A stretch of 62,620 nucleotides of DNA, counting the filler, from Squatina squatina (lineage: Eukaryota), in the NCBI GenBank assembly GCA_031763465.1. It is 3 parts of 3 records of this genome, joined end to end, with 100 filler letters (N's around TTAATTAATTAA, not from the genome) between each part and the next. Parts side by side here need not be neighbours in the genome. Positions count along the whole stretch, not along the records: positions 47,243 to 62,620 come from JARFOE010000004.1; 2 more parts are not named here. The stretch is one strand, 5' to 3'. A program made the position numbers and the translations under genes. Shown here piece by piece: positions 60,196 to 62,620 of the stretch; the stretch's first letter is position 1; every line of letters begins with the position of its first letter. The notes under the pieces were generated by a model. The model searched no databases. It worked only from the letters and a program-made list of their open reading frames with translations, and was not told where the DNA came from.

Positions 60196-62620
60196 NNNNN
60201 NNNNNNNNNNNNNNNNNNNNNNNNNNNNNNNNNNNNNNNNNNNNNNNNNNNNNNNNNNNNNNNNNNNNNNNNNNNNNNNNNNNNNNNNNNNNNNNCAGCC
60301 AATGAAGTACAATGAAGTAAATGGATGTTTACCTTGCTTCATTTTATTCTACTACTGGCTTAAACATAATTTTTTTTAAAAGAAAAATCATCAACATCAA
60401 AAAGCAGAACGTTGTTACAGTTTTTCAAAGCCTCCTACCAGTTCTCCACACCAGCAACATTTATAAATCTATTTGCTGAAAATGCCCTTTCTAATTAGAA
60501 GGTTAGGTTCAACACATTTTAATGAAAACGAACCCCAATAAAAGGTGGATTTTGGAATTAAGTGGGCTTGTTCTTATATAATCATACTTTTTCACTGATT
60601 AGGCCACAGGCTCATAAAAAGGGTGTTAAATGTGTGGTTTACACCATGCACTGGTACTGCACAGTTACACTGCTGCAATGTGAAAATATAATTTAAAGTT
60701 TTGAAATTTCAACACCAGGTGTGACACTTTCATAGTAACACCATTTGAAAACTAACATTATGGTATATTAATGTGTGTACACATACATCTACTTTTTATT
60801 TTCTTTTAAATCAAATTATGTCAATCTAGAAAACAGAACTATGATAACAGTGTTATAGTAACCTTTTTAAAAGGTGTCTTTCACGTACCTGGTATGAATT
60901 GAAGTTTTTGAAAATTAATGAATACACTAACTTAGATTTTAGCAACTTGCTCAGTTACAAAATTTGACTTTAAAACCACAAAACAAATCTGCCACCAATT
61001 TCATACGTAACTGGGATATAAATTCAAAGAAAGAATAATTAAAATGAAGCCTCACATCATCTTTACAATTAAACATATGGAGAAAATATCTCAACAAACA
61101 CGCATTTTCCATAATTTGCCATCTACCTGTGTAGTAAGAGTTATTAAGCACATCTGTTTGTTTTCAGTTTCCCCAGGAGGTTTATAAAGCTTTCCCCACC
61201 CCTCCCCCAAGTCAGTGAACGTATGTCTGCACGTAAAGACTCATCCAGCGAGCATGTTCAGCAGGATTTGTACTGTATTACACTAGTTTAGGAAGTGCAG
61301 GACAAAAATATCACAGTGCTATATAAGCTAGTAAATAAGGGACATACCCATAAACCAGGTACAGTACATCATTTTTTTTTAAATCCAGTGAGTTTTGCCC
61401 CCCTCTTGCGGAGTAGAAGCCCAGAAACAAGCTGATATTTCCTTTGTCTGAAACTCAAAATCACATGATTCTAGTCAAGAACTCTGGTTGGCTAACATNN
61501 NNNNNNNNNNNNNNNNNNNNNNNNNNNNNNNNNNNNNNNNNNNNNNNNNNNNNNNNNNNNNNNNNNNNNNNNNNNNNNNNNNNNNNNNNNNNNNNNNNNN
61601 NNNNNNNNNNNNNNNNNNNNNNNNNNNNNNNNNNNNNNNNNNNNNNNNNNNNNNNNNNNNNNNNNNNNNNNNNNNNNNNNNNNNNNNNNNNNNNNNNNNN
61701 NNNNNNNNNNNNNNNNNNNNNNNNNNNNNNNNNNNNNNNNNNNNNNNNNNNNNNNNNNNNNNNNNNNNNNNNNNNNNNNNNNNNNNNNNNNACTCACATC
61801 GGCTTTGGAGGAAATAGGCCGTACTCTGGTTACCATGACAGCAGGCCATTATTGAACTGGGTGCTGTTTAGTGTTTCAAATTAATTTTTGAAAGAGACAA
61901 TTTATGGCTTGAATAAAGGAGGCCAAGTGCATTTTATGCTTTGAACGGAAATGAAACATCAATATAAGTATCAGAAGATTTTAAATAGATGTTCATTTTT
62001 CTATATTCCCTGTAACTGAACTGTCTGTGACGTGCCCAGACTTGCATGCACTGCAGCAAAAGAATCCTTTGTCTGTTTGCTGGGTGCATTAATAGGATTC
62101 TTACTCTTATAATTTATACTTTTCCCCTTTCTCCCTGATAATTATAATGTTGAGTATGGAAAAATACTTCACAAGACCACAGGCAAGAGTGGTTCTGTCT
62201 TTCCAAAAGAAGTCCAAGCTTCACTACTGTCATGACCAAGGAGTTAAATAAAATAGTCAAAACAATGTACTAAGTATTCAGGGTTATTATTAGTGAACAA
62301 TGTATGTCATCAAAACAAGGATTTTTCTTTAACCAAATATCACTTTCTCACCATTGGTCAGATTAAATGAAAAACTCAAAAACAGCAATTCAGGAGTTTC
62401 TAAGCTTTTAGTCATTGTGGGCTACTTAGCTACTTAGATGCTTACCATGTGATCTTAAGGGCTGAAAAGCTTAAAAGAAATGTTTCAATTAAGTTACATG
62501 TATCTCAAGCTGTAGATACTAGCAGATCTAAGTGTTATGATTTAGGATTTATCCATCAATGAGGCAACTGAACTAAAATCAGTCCTCTCGAAACTTCCAG
62601 ACCCACAAAAAATTCAAACA

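Noticed and set aside
60885-60905. Minus-strand TAC CAG|gtacgt as the DNMT3A exon preceding PWWP
   Set aside because: The upstream sequence is AT-rich and does not resemble DNMT3A, and no exon start can be defined.

Overview
Draft vertebrate genomic DNA, very likely from a cartilaginous fish (shark-type DeuSINE, CR1, L2, Penelope and Harbinger repeats). It is heavily gapped (many 10-N and 100-N gaps). Two artificial 44N-TTAATTAATTAA-44N linkers (22660-22759, 47143-47242) split it into three blocks. Block 1 holds one MMADHC exon (+) converging on the 3' exons of LYPD6 and LYPD6B (-), the known vertebrate gene order. Block 2 holds a decayed gag-pro-RT retrovirus-like element with spuma/loki-like RT motifs, a decayed Ty1/copia-order LTR element, and the terminal villin-headpiece exon of a supervillin (+). 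It also holds a phase-consistent four-exon 3' end of an unidentified minus-strand gene ending in ...CPWERITDQ*. Block 3 holds seven exons of a DNMT3A-type de novo methyltransferase (-; PWWP, ADD, catalytic motifs I and IV). Penelope-type repeats carry minimal hammerhead ribozyme cores. All protein and family assignments come from remembered sequences and motifs; no database searches were run.
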